Shown piece by piece: positions 21,306-31,589 of a stretch of 64,000 nt of DNA. Positions within the stretch are counted from its first letter, which is position 1. Every line of letters begins with the position of its first letter. The stretch spans positions 372,001-436,000 of IMG/VR virus record IMGVR_UViG_3300036715_004471; one strand, 5' to 3'. A model generated the notes under the pieces. It was not told where the DNA came from. It saw only the letters and a list, made by a program, of their open reading frames with translations, and made no database searches. A program made the position numbers and the translations under genes.

Positions 21306-21378
21306 CTCAGGAGATCCGATTCGGACGGATATTTCATAGAGTCGGAAACTATGCGACCTACCATTAGTCGACTCCTGA
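21306..21378 (-). tRNA. atypical tRNA, probably Arg(CCG)
   Basis: Cloverleaf; arm CATAG-TTTCCGACT-CTATG (9-nt loop or closing mismatch); T-loop TCCGAAT; no CCA. Confidence 0.5.
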
Positions 21379-21381
21379 ATG

Positions 21382-21455
21382 TGGTTGGGAAACTGAGACT
21401 CGAACTCAGATAAACGGATTCAGAGTCCGTTGTCCTGCCGTTGAACGATTTCCCA
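21382..21455 (-). tRNA. tRNA-Gln(CTG)
   Basis: ACGGA-CTCTGAA-TCCGT; CCA. Confidence 0.92.
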
Positions 21456-21499
21456 ATAACAGGGTAGGTCACCATTGCCTACCCTCATATATCAGACTA

Positions 21500-21856
21500 T
21501 TAGTTGATTGATACCACTACTGCGGCACCAACATCTGATACGTGGGAGGCTCTATTATCCGTTAGATAACGAGATAATGTTTCCACCGGATTCTCTGGTA
21601 GAGGATTCTCTACAATGAATTTTTCTGCTAACTCTCTCAAAGCTACAGTTAAGTCCGGATTATGAACCGAACAAACTACTTCCTTCTCACCAGAAACCCA
21701 ACGAACAATAGAAACGTAATACGTTTCACGTGCGCGAGATAACCAAGCAACAGTTAGTCCTGGCGCAGTACCATCAGATTGGTACGCGAAGTTAATAGCC
21801 TTGGTGATCTTATCAATTAACGTTTGTGTGTCCATTTTACTTATCTCTCCATTCAA
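21500..21856 (-). CDS. hypothetical protein
   Basis: ORF coupled to tsf. Confidence 0.55.
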   Translation of the reverse strand: MNGEISKMDTQTLIDKITKAINFAYQSDGTAPGLTVAWLSRARETYYVSIVRWVSGEKEVVCSVHNPDLTVALRELAEKFIVENPLPENPVETLSRYLTDNRASHVSDVGAAVVVSIN

Positions 21857-22841
21857 AATTTGAATTATTTAAAACGCCTTTTTCAAAATTTGGATCTGGC
21901 GTAGCAGGAACACCTGACAACTTAGCAACTTCATCAGAGAAATTGCCTTTAGTTTGCTGTTCTATTCCTTCACCAACTTGACAACGAATGAAATTCACAA
22001 TCTCAATCTTGCCACCTAATTGAGCTGCATATTGTGTGTCAATAAGTTGCTCTATACTTTTCTTAGGAACCACTACTGATTCCTGTTTAGTCAAACAAAC
22101 CTCAGTATACCATTTATTAAGCTTGCCTTCAATAATTCTAGCCCATTGTACTTGAGGTTTTCCAAGCCCTTCTACTTGAGCTTGAAAAATATCTTTTTGT
22201 CGATTAAGCACATCTTCTGGTAACTTATCTGGTGATATTGCTATCGGATTCATTGCCACAATTTGCATTGCTAAATCGTAACCAATTTGTGCAAATGCTT
22301 CTGAATTAGCAATTTCTACAGATGGAGCTTTCAATGTAACTATTGAAGCTAGTTTATCAGCAGGATGATGTACATATCCAAACACGCGACACGTGTCGTC
22401 GATGGGCTCCTCGATCCACCAACGATTGAATACGCATTTTTCTTTAACTTTAGCAGACAATTCTGTTTGTGCCGTAAGCGCCTCACCATTTGTTAATTTA
22501 TCGAATGGTAATCCCACCACATGAACTGCGGCAATACTAAACCACACTTCTTCCGCGAACCCTCTAAATTCCGGGCTTCTAGCTACAAAATCAGTTTCAC
22601 AATTTACTTCTAACATCAAAACAGCTTTACTACCAACTGGTAATTGTACAGGTCCCGCCAATACAATACCTTCAGCGGCGATTTTACCCTCTCTACCAGA
22701 AACAATATTCTGTCCCTTGGTTTTGATAATATCAACGGCTTTTTGTAGATCATCGCCCGCCTCTTTCAAAGCATCATTACAATCTTTCATACCAGCTTGG
22801 GTAAGGGCGCGTAATTCTTTTAATAATTCTGATTTATTCAT
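21837..22841 (-). CDS. tsf: translation elongation factor Ts
   Basis: LRALTQAGMKDC..AL, AAEG, EVNCETDFVAR, AMQIVAMNP. Confidence 0.95.
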   Translation of the reverse strand: MNKSELLKELRALTQAGMKDCNDALKEAGDDLQKAVDIIKTKGQNIVSGREGKIAAEGIVLAGPVQLPVGSKAVLMLEVNCETDFVARSPEFRGFAEEVWFSIAAVHVVGLPFDKLTNGEALTAQTELSAKVKEKCVFNRWWIEEPIDDTCRVFGYVHHPADKLASIVTLKAPSVEIANSEAFAQIGYDLAMQIVAMNPIAISPDKLPEDVLNRQKDIFQAQVEGLGKPQVQWARIIEGKLNKWYTEVCLTKQESVVVPKKSIEQLIDTQYAAQLGGKIEIVNFIRCQVGEGIEQQTKGNFSDEVAKLSGVPATPDPNFEKGVLNNSNFEWRDK

Positions 22842-23154
22842 GACTTCACCTTAAATACTACATCCATAATATGACTATATCTTTTACAAACCCAAACTCA
22901 GCCATTGGATTAGTTTTGACAATAAAACCATCTAATTCTAGCATAGCTTTTACTTTAATAAAGACTGTGTTTCTAATCTTTTTCTTATATAAATCATTAT
23001 GATGGCTTGCACTCGGATAATGAAGACTGAATTGACCATTAACTGCCGAGTTTCTACAACAATCTATAATATGTTTATAGAGCTCATATTCTTCGGTCTT
23101 ATAAAAATTCATTCGTTCAGCTAATTCTTTAAATTCTTCAGCTTTATTCATAAT

Positions 23155-23538
23155 TTACCTAACTTCTAAATACCAGCGCATGTTGTTAACATAAAGCGAA
23201 TGACGTAACGAATATTTATAAAGAGGATCATAAATTTTCTTAGATACAGGATCCCAAACCACTGCATGACCCGATTTTCTACCTGTTTTCCAAACAATAG
23301 ATAGTATTGCAGCAGTTTTGATATCAGTTAATTTTTTAACTGGAGCCTTAACCGTTACTGACAATTTGATTTTGTTTAATAAACGTTTACAATCTTTCAG
23401 AAAAAATGATTTGTATTTAGAACCTTTTTTATGATTTGGATAAGCTATTTTTATTATTTCATTATGCGGAATGTCTTTGATCATCGCCACACAAGTAGGG
23501 AAACAATCGCCGTAAAATCTTTGTCTTAATTTACGCAC
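23155..23538 (-). CDS. C39-like cysteine peptidase fold protein
   Basis: Q....DCFPTCVAM, GHAVVWD, IYDP. Confidence 0.55.
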   Translation of the reverse strand: MRKLRQRFYGDCFPTCVAMIKDIPHNEIIKIAYPNHKKGSKYKSFFLKDCKRLLNKIKLSVTVKAPVKKLTDIKTAAILSIVWKTGRKSGHAVVWDPVSKKIYDPLYKYSLRHSLYVNNMRWYLEVR

Positions 23539-23744
23539 TGATATACTCCAATTGAGTAAAGAATTACAGCAGCAATGCTAACACTGCTTTAATAAAGCAA
23601 TAACAACTAAAAATTAAAATAACAACAGACACCCAATGTCTGTTGTTTCTTTTTTCATATGATTTCTTTACTCTTGCAAAGAACAAAGAAGATAGAATTA
23701 TCCAAAACCAAAATATCAATAGCATTTGAATCTCTAATCAAAAT

Positions 23745-23818
23745 TGGAGCGGGCGCCGGGAATCGAACCCGGATAGCTAGCTTGGAAGGCTAGAGCACAA
23801 CCACTATGCCACGCCCGC
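23745..23818 (-). tRNA. tRNA-Gly(TCC)
   Basis: CTAGC-CTTCCAA-GCTAG; U73, CCA. Confidence 0.95.
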
Positions 23819-23850
23819 ATACCTGAACTTATATATCAGGTTATGCACAA

Positions 23851-24350
23851 TTATCCGATCCAAGATTCTATAAAAATTTTGGGCTCTCCTACATCAATAC
23901 CAAATTCTTTTTCTAATTTGCTTTTCAATTCCAAAAGTTTTTCTTTATTCTGTTCGATCCAAGAAATAGGAACCACAGTATTGGAAACTACAACCCCGCC
24001 ACATTTAATTGCTTCGGATTGAGGAAATTCCAAATAGAAATTAATATCAGCAACATCTCCGGCGGCATCAAATGGGATAGAAATTTCACAATCAAACTTT
24101 TTGTGAAAGAAATCAGTTTCTTGCACTAATGCCCAAAGGTCTTCGTAAGTTTCGCCTTCGTAATCTACCAACAGGTAAAACCCGCCAACCTCATCCATTA
24201 TCTTTACTGGCTTAAGTTTTTTCCACTCTTAGGATCAAAACGATCTTCGTAATGAAATTTCTCTTCATGTAGAGAAGAATATGGTTTCATGACATCATCT
24301 TGATTTAAGGTATAACCAACTCTTAAATAAAAAGTATAATCAATTCCCAT
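23851..24350 (-). CDS. hypothetical protein with -1 frameshift near 24220
   Basis: Frame from ATG 24350 joins 23851..24198 via A-AAA-AAC. Confidence 0.5.
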
Positions 24351-24598
24351 ATTTATTCCGTCTGACAACCCAGACTTTCACAATAACCATTGATACAATC
24401 AACAGTTAAACATCCCGCCGCAACAATGCAGTCATTAGGCTGAATACATGTTACTCCGGGCTCAATCTTGCATCCAGTATTAGGTCCTTCCACCTTACAA
24501 TCACTACTGCTACAATTAATCACAAAGAGCAGCAAAATGCCCAATATTAATTTATTCATTATTTTTCTTTCTAAATCTAAAATATTAATGACTGATAA

Positions 24599-24673
24599 TG
24601 GTAGGCGATAAGGGATTCGAACCCCTGACTTCCTGCGAGTCAAGCAAGCACTCTACCACTGAGTTAATCGCCC
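24599..24673 (-). tRNA. tRNA-Val(GAC)
   Basis: CTTGC-TTGACTC-GCAGG; U37; CCA. Confidence 0.9.
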
Positions 24674-24697
24674 ATAAATTATTTACACTTTTCTAAT

Positions 24698-24771
24698 TGG
24701 TAGGACCTGATGGAATCGAACCATCGAGTTAGCCTTGTAAAAGCTACATTATACCATTTAATTAAGGTCCC
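24698..24771 (-). tRNA. tRNA-Val(TAC)
   Basis: TAGCT-TTTACAA-GGCTA; CCA. Confidence 0.9.
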
Positions 24772-24775
24772 AAAA

Positions 24776-24824
24776 GCCGGTCTCTCCCTACTTGTCACAC
24801 CACTATGGTAAGGTGTCACCCTAG
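24776..24824 (-). ncRNA. two-hairpin RNA motif, copy 1 (possibly abiF-like)
   Basis: AGGG-stem-GACA-stem-GAGAGA; second copy at 54397. Confidence 0.5.
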
Positions 24825-24830
24825 TTTAAT

Positions 24831-24905
24831 TGGTCGTCGGTGAGGGATTCGAACCCACGACTTACACGGTGTAAACGTGTCACTCTACCGCTGAGTTAAC
24901 CGACG
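24831..24905 (-). tRNA. tRNA-Val(TAC)
   Basis: ACACG-TTTACAC-CGTGT; CCA. Confidence 0.92.
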
Positions 24906-24908
24906 ATG

Positions 24909-24984
24909 TGGTCCCGGATGTGGGAGTCGAACCCACTAAAAATCGCGTATGAAACGACCGCTCAATCCGATAAGCATATCCGGG
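24909..24984 (-). tRNA. tRNA-Met or Ile2(CAT)
   Basis: GTCGT-TTCATAC-GCGAT; CCA. Confidence 0.8.
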
Positions 24985-25079
24985 AAAGTACTGTATATAT
25001 ATCACATTATGTATGTCTGATATTTAATAATTCAATTATATGATTTTTAAATCATATAATTACAAACCAAGGAGTTATA

Positions 25080-26021
25080 ATGCCTACTTTAAATCCGCCA
25101 AAATGTTTCAATTCAACTATGTCATCAAAACCTGGCACCGGACCAGTACTAGTAAACAATGTTAACTATCCAGTAAATAGTATGTATACAAATAATACAT
25201 ATTTATGGGATGGCACTAATTGGTCAACAACATCTAGTAATGTTATTGATGCATCCGGACCGCTTCCTACAAGACAAAATAGTTGTTCTTCTGAGTTTTT
25301 TGGTGCTTCTGGCACAAATCATAATACTGTAATGGTATTTGGTGGTCAAAGCAGCTCTTCTTTATTAAGAGACACATGGGTATTTGATGGGACTAGTTGG
25401 ACAAACCCAACACAATCCGGGTCTCCTAGTGCAAGGTACTCAGCAGCTATGTCATGTGGTTTTTCCGCATTATCAAAAGTTTTGTTATTTGGTGGAAAAA
25501 ATGAACATGATGTTTTGGGTGACACTTGGTTATGGGATGGACATACTAATACATGGGCACAAAAAACACTTGACGTATCACCATCTGCCAGATATGGAGC
25601 CAAATTAGTGGGCGGAATTTCTGCTGGAAGAAACTCTATATTATTTGGAGGCGCTAATAATTTTGAGCTTTTAAATGATACATTTAGATGGAATGATGCC
25701 GCAGAAACTTGGGTAAAATTAACCCCTACGCACTCACCATCAGCAAGATTTGACCATGTTATGGGAAAAGATGCCGCAAATAGTAACGTTATTGTATTAT
25801 TTGGCGGATTAAATCAAGACTCTGTACTTTCAGATACATGGGTTTTTAATGGTACTGATTGGACACAACAGTCTCCCGCAAGTTCTCCATCTGCACGTTA
25901 TGGCGCTCATATGAGTTATGATGTCACTTCAGGGGCATTAATATTATTTGGTGGCACAAATGGATCCACAGTATTTAATGATACTTGGAAATGGACCGGC
26001 ACAAATTGGGTTCAACTATAA
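25080..26021 (+). CDS. Kelch/galactose-oxidase-type beta-propeller protein
   Basis: Repeats PSARY...LFGG...DTW.W.G..W; AAGGAG Shine-Dalgarno. Confidence 0.88.
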   Translation: MPTLNPPKCFNSTMSSKPGTGPVLVNNVNYPVNSMYTNNTYLWDGTNWSTTSSNVIDASGPLPTRQNSCSSEFFGASGTNHNTVMVFGGQSSSSLLRDTWVFDGTSWTNPTQSGSPSARYSAAMSCGFSALSKVLLFGGKNEHDVLGDTWLWDGHTNTWAQKTLDVSPSARYGAKLVGGISAGRNSILFGGANNFELLNDTFRWNDAAETWVKLTPTHSPSARFDHVMGKDAANSNVIVLFGGLNQDSVLSDTWVFNGTDWTQQSPASSPSARYGAHMSYDVTSGALILFGGTNGSTVFNDTWKWTGTNWVQL

Positions 26022-26039
26022 TCTGATATAAGGCTCATA

Positions 26040-26072
26040 ATATGACCCGCATATTTTATATGCGGGTCATAT
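26040..26072. terminator. terminator hairpin between convergent genes
   Basis: ATATGACCCGCATAT/ATATGCGGGTCATAT. Confidence 0.7.
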
Positions 26073-26633
26073 TTATACGTCTTCTTTTAATTCTAATACC
26101 TGAGAAAATCTTGGCAATGCCAAACCAGTTCCATAACTCCAAGTGTGATCCCCGAACTGACGGTAACCATAAGATCCTAATTCAATGCCTTTACACATCA
26201 AATCATAACCTTCGATTGTTTTAACAACACTGATTTTGCAGTCTCCAAGACTTTCCATGAGAGCGCGGGCGCTATCCATAATTTCAAATACATTTTTAGA
26301 ATTAGGATTTACTTCAATTAATTCAACCTTAAAAAAGTATAAACCATGCCATTCATCAACCTGCTCATCTCTGAAACAAGGAGAGGCAGCACAATATTTA
26401 CCCTTTGGTAATTTATTTTCTACCATCATTTGAATAAAACCTTGTTCGGCAGAGCCGACTAAATATCCAGGATTTTTGTTTGGATGATCCAACTTAAATC
26501 CATATCTATTGTAAGGAAGAGTAACCTCAATGGCTGAGAATGGAACAATCCAAGGAGCCTCCATATATGTAAACTCATTGTCCACAAAATGTTGAACAGC
26601 TTTGCCTACCCAAACCCAATTGATGGGAGTCAT
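26073..26633 (-). CDS. minimal class II aminoacyl-tRNA synthetase catalytic-core homolog
   Basis: Motif 1-like (F..MEAP), GSAEQ, motif 2 CFRDE...FFKVEL, IELGS, motif 3 GTGLALPRF. Confidence 0.72.
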   Translation of the reverse strand: MTPINWVWVGKAVQHFVDNEFTYMEAPWIVPFSAIEVTLPYNRYGFKLDHPNKNPGYLVGSAEQGFIQMMVENKLPKGKYCAASPCFRDEQVDEWHGLYFFKVELIEVNPNSKNVFEIMDSARALMESLGDCKISVVKTIEGYDLMCKGIELGSYGYRQFGDHTWSYGTGLALPRFSQVLELKEDV

Positions 26634-26875
26634 TTTCGTTTACCTTCCCTAAATGCCGATGATGTCATTTCCGACATCTGTTTAATGTCTATCATAGTCA
26701 TGCCATACTTAGATTGTAAATAACCCTCAATGGCGCCATACAAATCAGATAATTCTACCAACTCAAGAATCTTACCACCTTGTTCATGAGCATCCAGTAA
26801 TTCCTCCCACTCTTCTTGAATTTTGGAAAAGTCTCCGAAACTACCTTTTGTTATCTCACGAATATGATATCCTAT
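26630..26875 (-). CDS. MazG-like helical protein, apparent ATA start
   Basis: Hand translation IGYHIREITKG...KIQEEWEELLDA...ELVELSDLYGAI; ATGA overlap with the next gene. Confidence 0.6.
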   Translation of the reverse strand: MGYHIREITKGSFGDFSKIQEEWEELLDAHEQGGKILELVELSDLYGAIEGYLQSKYGMTMIDIKQMSEMTSSAFREGKRK

Positions 26876-26885
26876 ACAGCCTCAC

Positions 26886-27770
26886 TTAAAGATGTTTCAT
26901 TATAATACTATAGAATTCCTCTAGGTTAACGTGATCAGGAAGTCCTGCCGAACCACCATCATTCACTTCAATGACCCACCATTTATCATCTTCAGCTTGA
27001 ACAATATCCAAAGCCACAAATGGACTCTTGATTCTTTTACCAATTTCAATCAACCAACTCATTGGAGGAAATTCTACATTCTCAGGATAAACAGCATCAT
27101 TGCCCCAATAAGGAGTAGTAAATACTGGCGTTCCTTTTACAAAGAAAGTTCTAAACTCTACTGGTAAGGGCATTCTGCTTTTTGGATGAAGCCCAATCTT
27201 TTTCAAAGAAAGAAAATCTCGACAAACTAATCCGCCGTAGAAGTCTCTACCCTGTAACTTAAAGAAGTTGCTCATGACACGTAACGACTCTTTTTGATCA
27301 GATGCGTCTCTAATGAAACACGCGTCATACCATTCATGTTTACGGCTTTTCAAGTAATCTTTAATCAAGATTGATTTGTCATTAAATTCTTCTGCAATCT
27401 TCTTAGAAATGGCTGGAAGACCGGCATTTGCAATATCATCAGCCGGAATAATCATTGAATATGGAGTGTATTCTTTCAGTTCTACGTACCATTCTGGAAA
27501 ATTATAAGACCACATATAGTCTTGATAAGAGTTAACCAACTCCGCGCCCAAACTATCCATCTCTTGGTAAACGGAAGGTTTAACAATCCATCCTCGATAA
27601 AGAGTAGGAGTTTGTTTATTGAAAATAGACATTGGGGATCCGAAATGACTTTCACTTAGAATACTCACACCAAACCCAACGGATCCGGCAGCTCCCGCTT
27701 CGTTCTGCCAAAAACTGTCTACTTGGCGCGGAGAACTAAGATTAGTAGGGAATAAGATATTCATTTTCAC
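26886..27770 (-). CDS. ATP-grasp fold protein (R2K-like)
   Basis: YRGWI, IKDYLKSRKHEW, EFRTFF, ALDI...VIEVNDG. Confidence 0.8.
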   Translation of the reverse strand: MKMNILFPTNLSSPRQVDSFWQNEAGAAGSVGFGVSILSESHFGSPMSIFNKQTPTLYRGWIVKPSVYQEMDSLGAELVNSYQDYMWSYNFPEWYVELKEYTPYSMIIPADDIANAGLPAISKKIAEEFNDKSILIKDYLKSRKHEWYDACFIRDASDQKESLRVMSNFFKLQGRDFYGGLVCRDFLSLKKIGLHPKSRMPLPVEFRTFFVKGTPVFTTPYWGNDAVYPENVEFPPMSWLIEIGKRIKSPFVALDIVQAEDDKWWVIEVNDGGSAGLPDHVNLEEFYSIIMKHL

Positions 27771-28423
27771 TCGTTAACTGGAATGTTCATTCCTTCAAAA
27801 ACTTTTAACTTGTATGACAACCTATGTAGCGGACTGTATCCATACTTGGTAATACCCGCAATGTGTTGACCATCTGCACCATAATAACCAACATTGTTGA
27901 CCCAATCATAATGAGGATACTTAAGATGATAATCTCTCATTTTTTTGTCACGGTACGTCTTAGCAAGAATACTTGCCGCCATGACTGATGGGACTAGCGT
28001 GTCCGCTTTAACGAGCGAGACCTTATCATAGTCATCCACGCCTAAATTGTCAAATTTTAGATTTCCATCGCAAATTAATAATGATTCGTCAGTGTATAAA
28101 GATTTGAAATTTTCAACGTAACAATCTTTCAAAGCGACGCTAACACCGAATTTATCAATCTCAGCATTGGTTCTTTCTGCCAAATGAAATTTAATAGTAC
28201 CAGCCTCAATGATTTTCATCAATTGATCTCGCATCACATTGCGACGGTTCTCACTCAATTTTTTTGAGTCGTTCAACCCAGCCAAAGTCCATCCTTTAGG
28301 GGCGCGAACACCGCAAACAACTAATGGTCCGGCAATAGATCCATAGCCAACCTCATCACAACCTACAATAGAGGTTTTCTTTTCTAAGAGGCTTTTCAAT
28401 TCTTCATATTTAATTTGTGCCAT
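27767..28423 (-). CDS. rnhB: ribonuclease HII
   Basis: GCDEVGYG..AGPL, LNDSKKLS, AASILAK, HRLSY. Confidence 0.93.
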   Translation of the reverse strand: MAQIKYEELKSLLEKKTSIVGCDEVGYGSIAGPLVVCGVRAPKGWTLAGLNDSKKLSENRRNVMRDQLMKIIEAGTIKFHLAERTNAEIDKFGVSVALKDCYVENFKSLYTDESLLICDGNLKFDNLGVDDYDKVSLVKADTLVPSVMAASILAKTYRDKKMRDYHLKYPHYDWVNNVGYYGADGQHIAGITKYGYSPLHRLSYKLKVFEGMNIPVNE

Positions 28424-28429
28424 AACGGA

Positions 28430-28660
28430 TCACCAAAACACTTTGTTTTTGATTAACTTATCACAGAATACAATTACTCTCTTCAATTTTTCATCAAGAG
28501 AATCCAATTTATCTATTCCTTCCCAACATACCCCATTTTCGGATAAAGGAAATCTAAATAACCTTCTGCCACGAGAAAAAGAATTAACATCCCAAATGGC
28601 AACAGAGAATTTGGCTACTACAACCAAATACCCTTCCACTTCGTATTCTTTATTATCCAC
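28430..28660 (-). CDS. small hypothetical protein, ends NKVFW
   Basis: Shared C-terminal motif. Confidence 0.55.
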   Translation of the reverse strand: MDNKEYEVEGYLVVVAKFSVAIWDVNSFSRGRRLFRFPLSENGVCWEGIDKLDSLDEKLKRVIVFCDKLIKNKVFW

Positions 28661-29396
28661 GCGCCACTGTCCCTTCCATACAATCTAATACAGAATCAGG
28701 ATCGCACTGATAAATACCAGATGCCCAAATAGGATTAGTTTCAATTACTGCCCAACCTTTGTTGGGAATAATTCCTACATCAATCACACACCCGGGCACA
28801 GGATCAATCTCCTTGAGAAGATTGTTAACGAATTCATCTGGTCTAATGTGATCGCCAGGAATCATATATTGATATCGAGGATCATTTATCTCCCCAAAGA
28901 ACAGATAATTCGACCAAGTTTTAACTCGATTGTCTTTAACAAAGCATCTATATTCTACGTCCCATTGAACCACGTCTGATACCAAAACTGGACAATCATC
29001 CGCAATTAATTCATTGGGCTGAAACTCACCGGCTTCATAAACTTTGGCATCGAAACATTTATCATCTGCTGGTTTGATAAATTTCTTGACATTGATTTTC
29101 TTAGCGTCAGCCAAGGTCATGAAATCTACCCGACGCTTAAGATAATGACGAGGTACTTTAGTCAACCAATCAAATGAATTTTGATGAAGCTTCCATCCCA
29201 TTTGCTGAGCGATAACTTCACAAAAGATTTGCGAACCATATGGAATTCCAACTTGATGAGTTTGAATCAATTCATCATCCAAACGCCAGCCACCTGGTGC
29301 AGGAATAACTTCCCACCCCTTTTCTCTGGCAGACATTTGTAAAGCAATAATCTCATTGTGAGACGTGCCCACACGCGGCTGAGTAATGAATAACAT
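28653..29396 (-). CDS. ATP-grasp fold protein (DUF4343-like)
   Basis: FIKP...K.F, EYRCFV, VIDVG, VIETN..WASGIY. Confidence 0.8.
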   Translation of the reverse strand: MLFITQPRVGTSHNEIIALQMSAREKGWEVIPAPGGWRLDDELIQTHQVGIPYGSQIFCEVIAQQMGWKLHQNSFDWLTKVPRHYLKRRVDFMTLADAKKINVKKFIKPADDKCFDAKVYEAGEFQPNELIADDCPVLVSDVVQWDVEYRCFVKDNRVKTWSNYLFFGEINDPRYQYMIPGDHIRPDEFVNNLLKEIDPVPGCVIDVGIIPNKGWAVIETNPIWASGIYQCDPDSVLDCMEGTVARG

Positions 29397-29405
29397 AATT
29401 TTAAA

Positions 29406-29654
29406 TCACCAAAATGCTCTGTTTTTTATAAAACGTTCGCAGATTTTTTTAATTTGAACGGGTATTTCTTCCCCAAACCAGGTAAAATTACCATCTCGAA
29501 AATCCGCAGCCGCCAAATACAACCAATAACTATAGATAGTTAAAGATTCTTCACCATATTTCCAAACATACACTGTGTGCTTATCATCTGTTAAAATGTG
29601 CATGTCGTCTATCTTATAGATATCTTTATCTATTGAATAAATAATTGGTTCCAT
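29406..29654 (-). CDS. small hypothetical protein, ends NRAFW
   Basis: Shared C-terminal motif. Confidence 0.55.
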   Translation of the reverse strand: MEPIIYSIDKDIYKIDDMHILTDDKHTVYVWKYGEESLTIYSYWLYLAAADFRDGNFTWFGEEIPVQIKKICERFIKNRAFW

Positions 29655-29675
29655 TTTTATTTCTTTTGAAAATAA

Positions 29676-29930
29676 TTACCAAAATGCTTTATTTGCCAAA
29701 GTTCTTGTACAAAATTTTGCCAATTCTAATGGAATAAAACGTTCCCAATTGTAACCTAATTTACCATTTTTGATTTTGGAACTAGCAACATAAACCCAAA
29801 ATCCTAACTTATCAGACACAGGATTGTATTTCCAGATGTATAATAAGTTAGGACTAAAATCAATTTTGTAATTATCATTACCTATTGAAAGAGAAAGTTG
29901 CTTTTTTATTTCTGAGATATTTTTTGACAT
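29676..29930 (-). CDS. small hypothetical protein, ends NKAFW
   Basis: Shared C-terminal motif; resembles 29406..29654. Confidence 0.55.
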   Translation of the reverse strand: MSKNISEIKKQLSLSIGNDNYKIDFSPNLLYIWKYNPVSDKLGFWVYVASSKIKNGKLGYNWERFIPLELAKFCTRTLANKAFW

Positions 29931-29992
29931 GAATCACCACAAATGCGAAGAGGCGGAAAAACCGCCTCTTCAATCAAGAATCACTAACATTT

Positions 29993-30340
29993 TCAGTTCA
30001 CTTGAGTATTAGTTACCTTATGTTGCAATTCGTATTCTTCAATTAAGAAGATACAATCATATGCTTGACTTACCGCATCTCCAAAATAAGCATTCTTACA
30101 AATGCTCTGTAAGAAACTCTTAATATGTGGTAAAGACTCCATCTTTACATAACCAGCCTCAATGGCTTGCGCAACACCAGTATCCAGAATAGTTTCTACT
30201 TGATTTTGAATTTGCCAACCTAATTTATTGTATTCTCTACAAATATTGATTATGTCAGAAATATCTAGTGGGATACTGTATTCTTCATCATTAGCGCTAT
30301 TATTGACAATATTTGTCAATTTCAAATCTTGGGCAGTCAT
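29993..30340 (-). CDS. hypothetical protein
   Basis: GGAG Shine-Dalgarno; hairpin downstream at 29947-29971. Confidence 0.55.
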   Translation of the reverse strand: MTAQDLKLTNIVNNSANDEEYSIPLDISDIINICREYNKLGWQIQNQVETILDTGVAQAIEAGYVKMESLPHIKSFLQSICKNAYFGDAVSQAYDCIFLIEEYELQHKVTNTQVN

Positions 30341-30445
30341 AAATACTCCATCTTAAGAAAGTATGAAAATCATATAATAATACGAATCTAAGTGAACCTC
30401 CAGGTTAATCGAACATATACAATATATCAAATTAAACACTAATGA

Positions 30446-30847
30446 TCACTGAAATACTTTCATTCTCGATAAGCGCGCAGTAAATTTCATCATCTCCAAA
30501 AGTACATCTGGAGATACAATTGCGGCACTTCTGGGATCTTTCTGGAAAAACTCTGTCCAATCCACACCGACAAATCTTTGATCATTCTTAGGATATAAGA
30601 GACCAAATGTTTTGTTACGCCCATGAGATTCATACAAATGGACTCTTAATTCATTGATTTCATCTGCTGGAACGTCTTGTGGAGCGTAAACGCTAAAAGA
30701 AAACATATTCTCAACAGAGAAACAAAATAGAACCCAGCGTTTTGAATCGAACTCTTTTTCTGCCTGAAAAGGATAAAGCACAACTAATTCTTTTAATAGA
30801 TTATTTTTGGTGAGGGATCTCACATCATCGAACGTTAGATTTTTCAT
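30446..30847 (-). CDS. hypothetical protein, ends MKVFQ
   Basis: Shared C-terminal motif. Confidence 0.55.
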   Translation of the reverse strand: MKNLTFDDVRSLTKNNLLKELVVLYPFQAEKEFDSKRWVLFCFSVENMFSFSVYAPQDVPADEINELRVHLYESHGRNKTFGLLYPKNDQRFVGVDWTEFFQKDPRSAAIVSPDVLLEMMKFTARLSRMKVFQ

Positions 30848-31170
30848 AGCTTTAGACTAGCTTTCTTAGCTTTCTCTAGGGAAGATTTGATTGCAGTATA
30901 CAAATCCTCAATTGAAAAACCTGGAACAGCGGTTCCGGTAGAGTGAAATTCTTCTGCTTTCTTGTGGCACTCTTCACATAATGAAATACCATTTTCCTTA
31001 ACATACCCACCATTTGGTAATTCATTTCTATCTGTTATGTGGTGGGCATCCAATTCTTGTTCGGCTTTTTGAAAAGATGATTTATATCCACAAGTCACAC
31101 AACTGTAACTGTCTCTTCTAAAGCAATCATCTCGGAATTTTTGACGAACAAATTTCTTTTGGGCACTCAT
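30844..31170 (-). CDS. HNH domain protein
   Basis: RD..CVTCG, LDAHHI, NGISLCEECH. Confidence 0.85.
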   Translation of the reverse strand: MSAQKKFVRQKFRDDCFRRDSYSCVTCGYKSSFQKAEQELDAHHITDRNELPNGGYVKENGISLCEECHKKAEEFHSTGTAVPGFSIEDLYTAIKSSLEKAKKASLKL

Positions 31171-31171
31171 A

Positions 31172-31588
31172 TTAAAAATATGATGCCAGACGGCTAAGTC
31201 TGGACAAATGTTGCATGATTTTATGTAATTCTCTTAAAGGCATTTTAAATATTCTTTGAGATGAATCAAAATATGACATCCATGGTTGTGACAAAAACCA
31301 ATCGTCTTCAGATAATTGATTTAGTTGAAAATCAAAATCTATATTCAAAATCCAAAAACGCACAACTCTTTCTAAAGTATCAGAATATTGTATTTCATAT
31401 TCATATTCCACTCCACAAATATATGGACCAACCATGAAAATCAATACGTTTGATGGCAAATTAACAGATAGATAAAGTTCCAAAAAACTATTGCACTCAT
31501 CCTCGGAAGGATCTTGTGATAATAGTTTAGGAACTTCATCTTTTGAAAAACCCAACTCTTCTAAATAATCTAACTTTTTCGGAAACAT
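31172..31588 (-). CDS. hypothetical protein
   Basis: Ends RLSRLASYF. Confidence 0.5.
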   Translation of the reverse strand: MFPKKLDYLEELGFSKDEVPKLLSQDPSEDECNSFLELYLSVNLPSNVLIFMVGPYICGVEYEYEIQYSDTLERVVRFWILNIDFDFQLNQLSEDDWFLSQPWMSYFDSSQRIFKMPLRELHKIMQHLSRLSRLASYF

Positions 31589-31589
31589 G

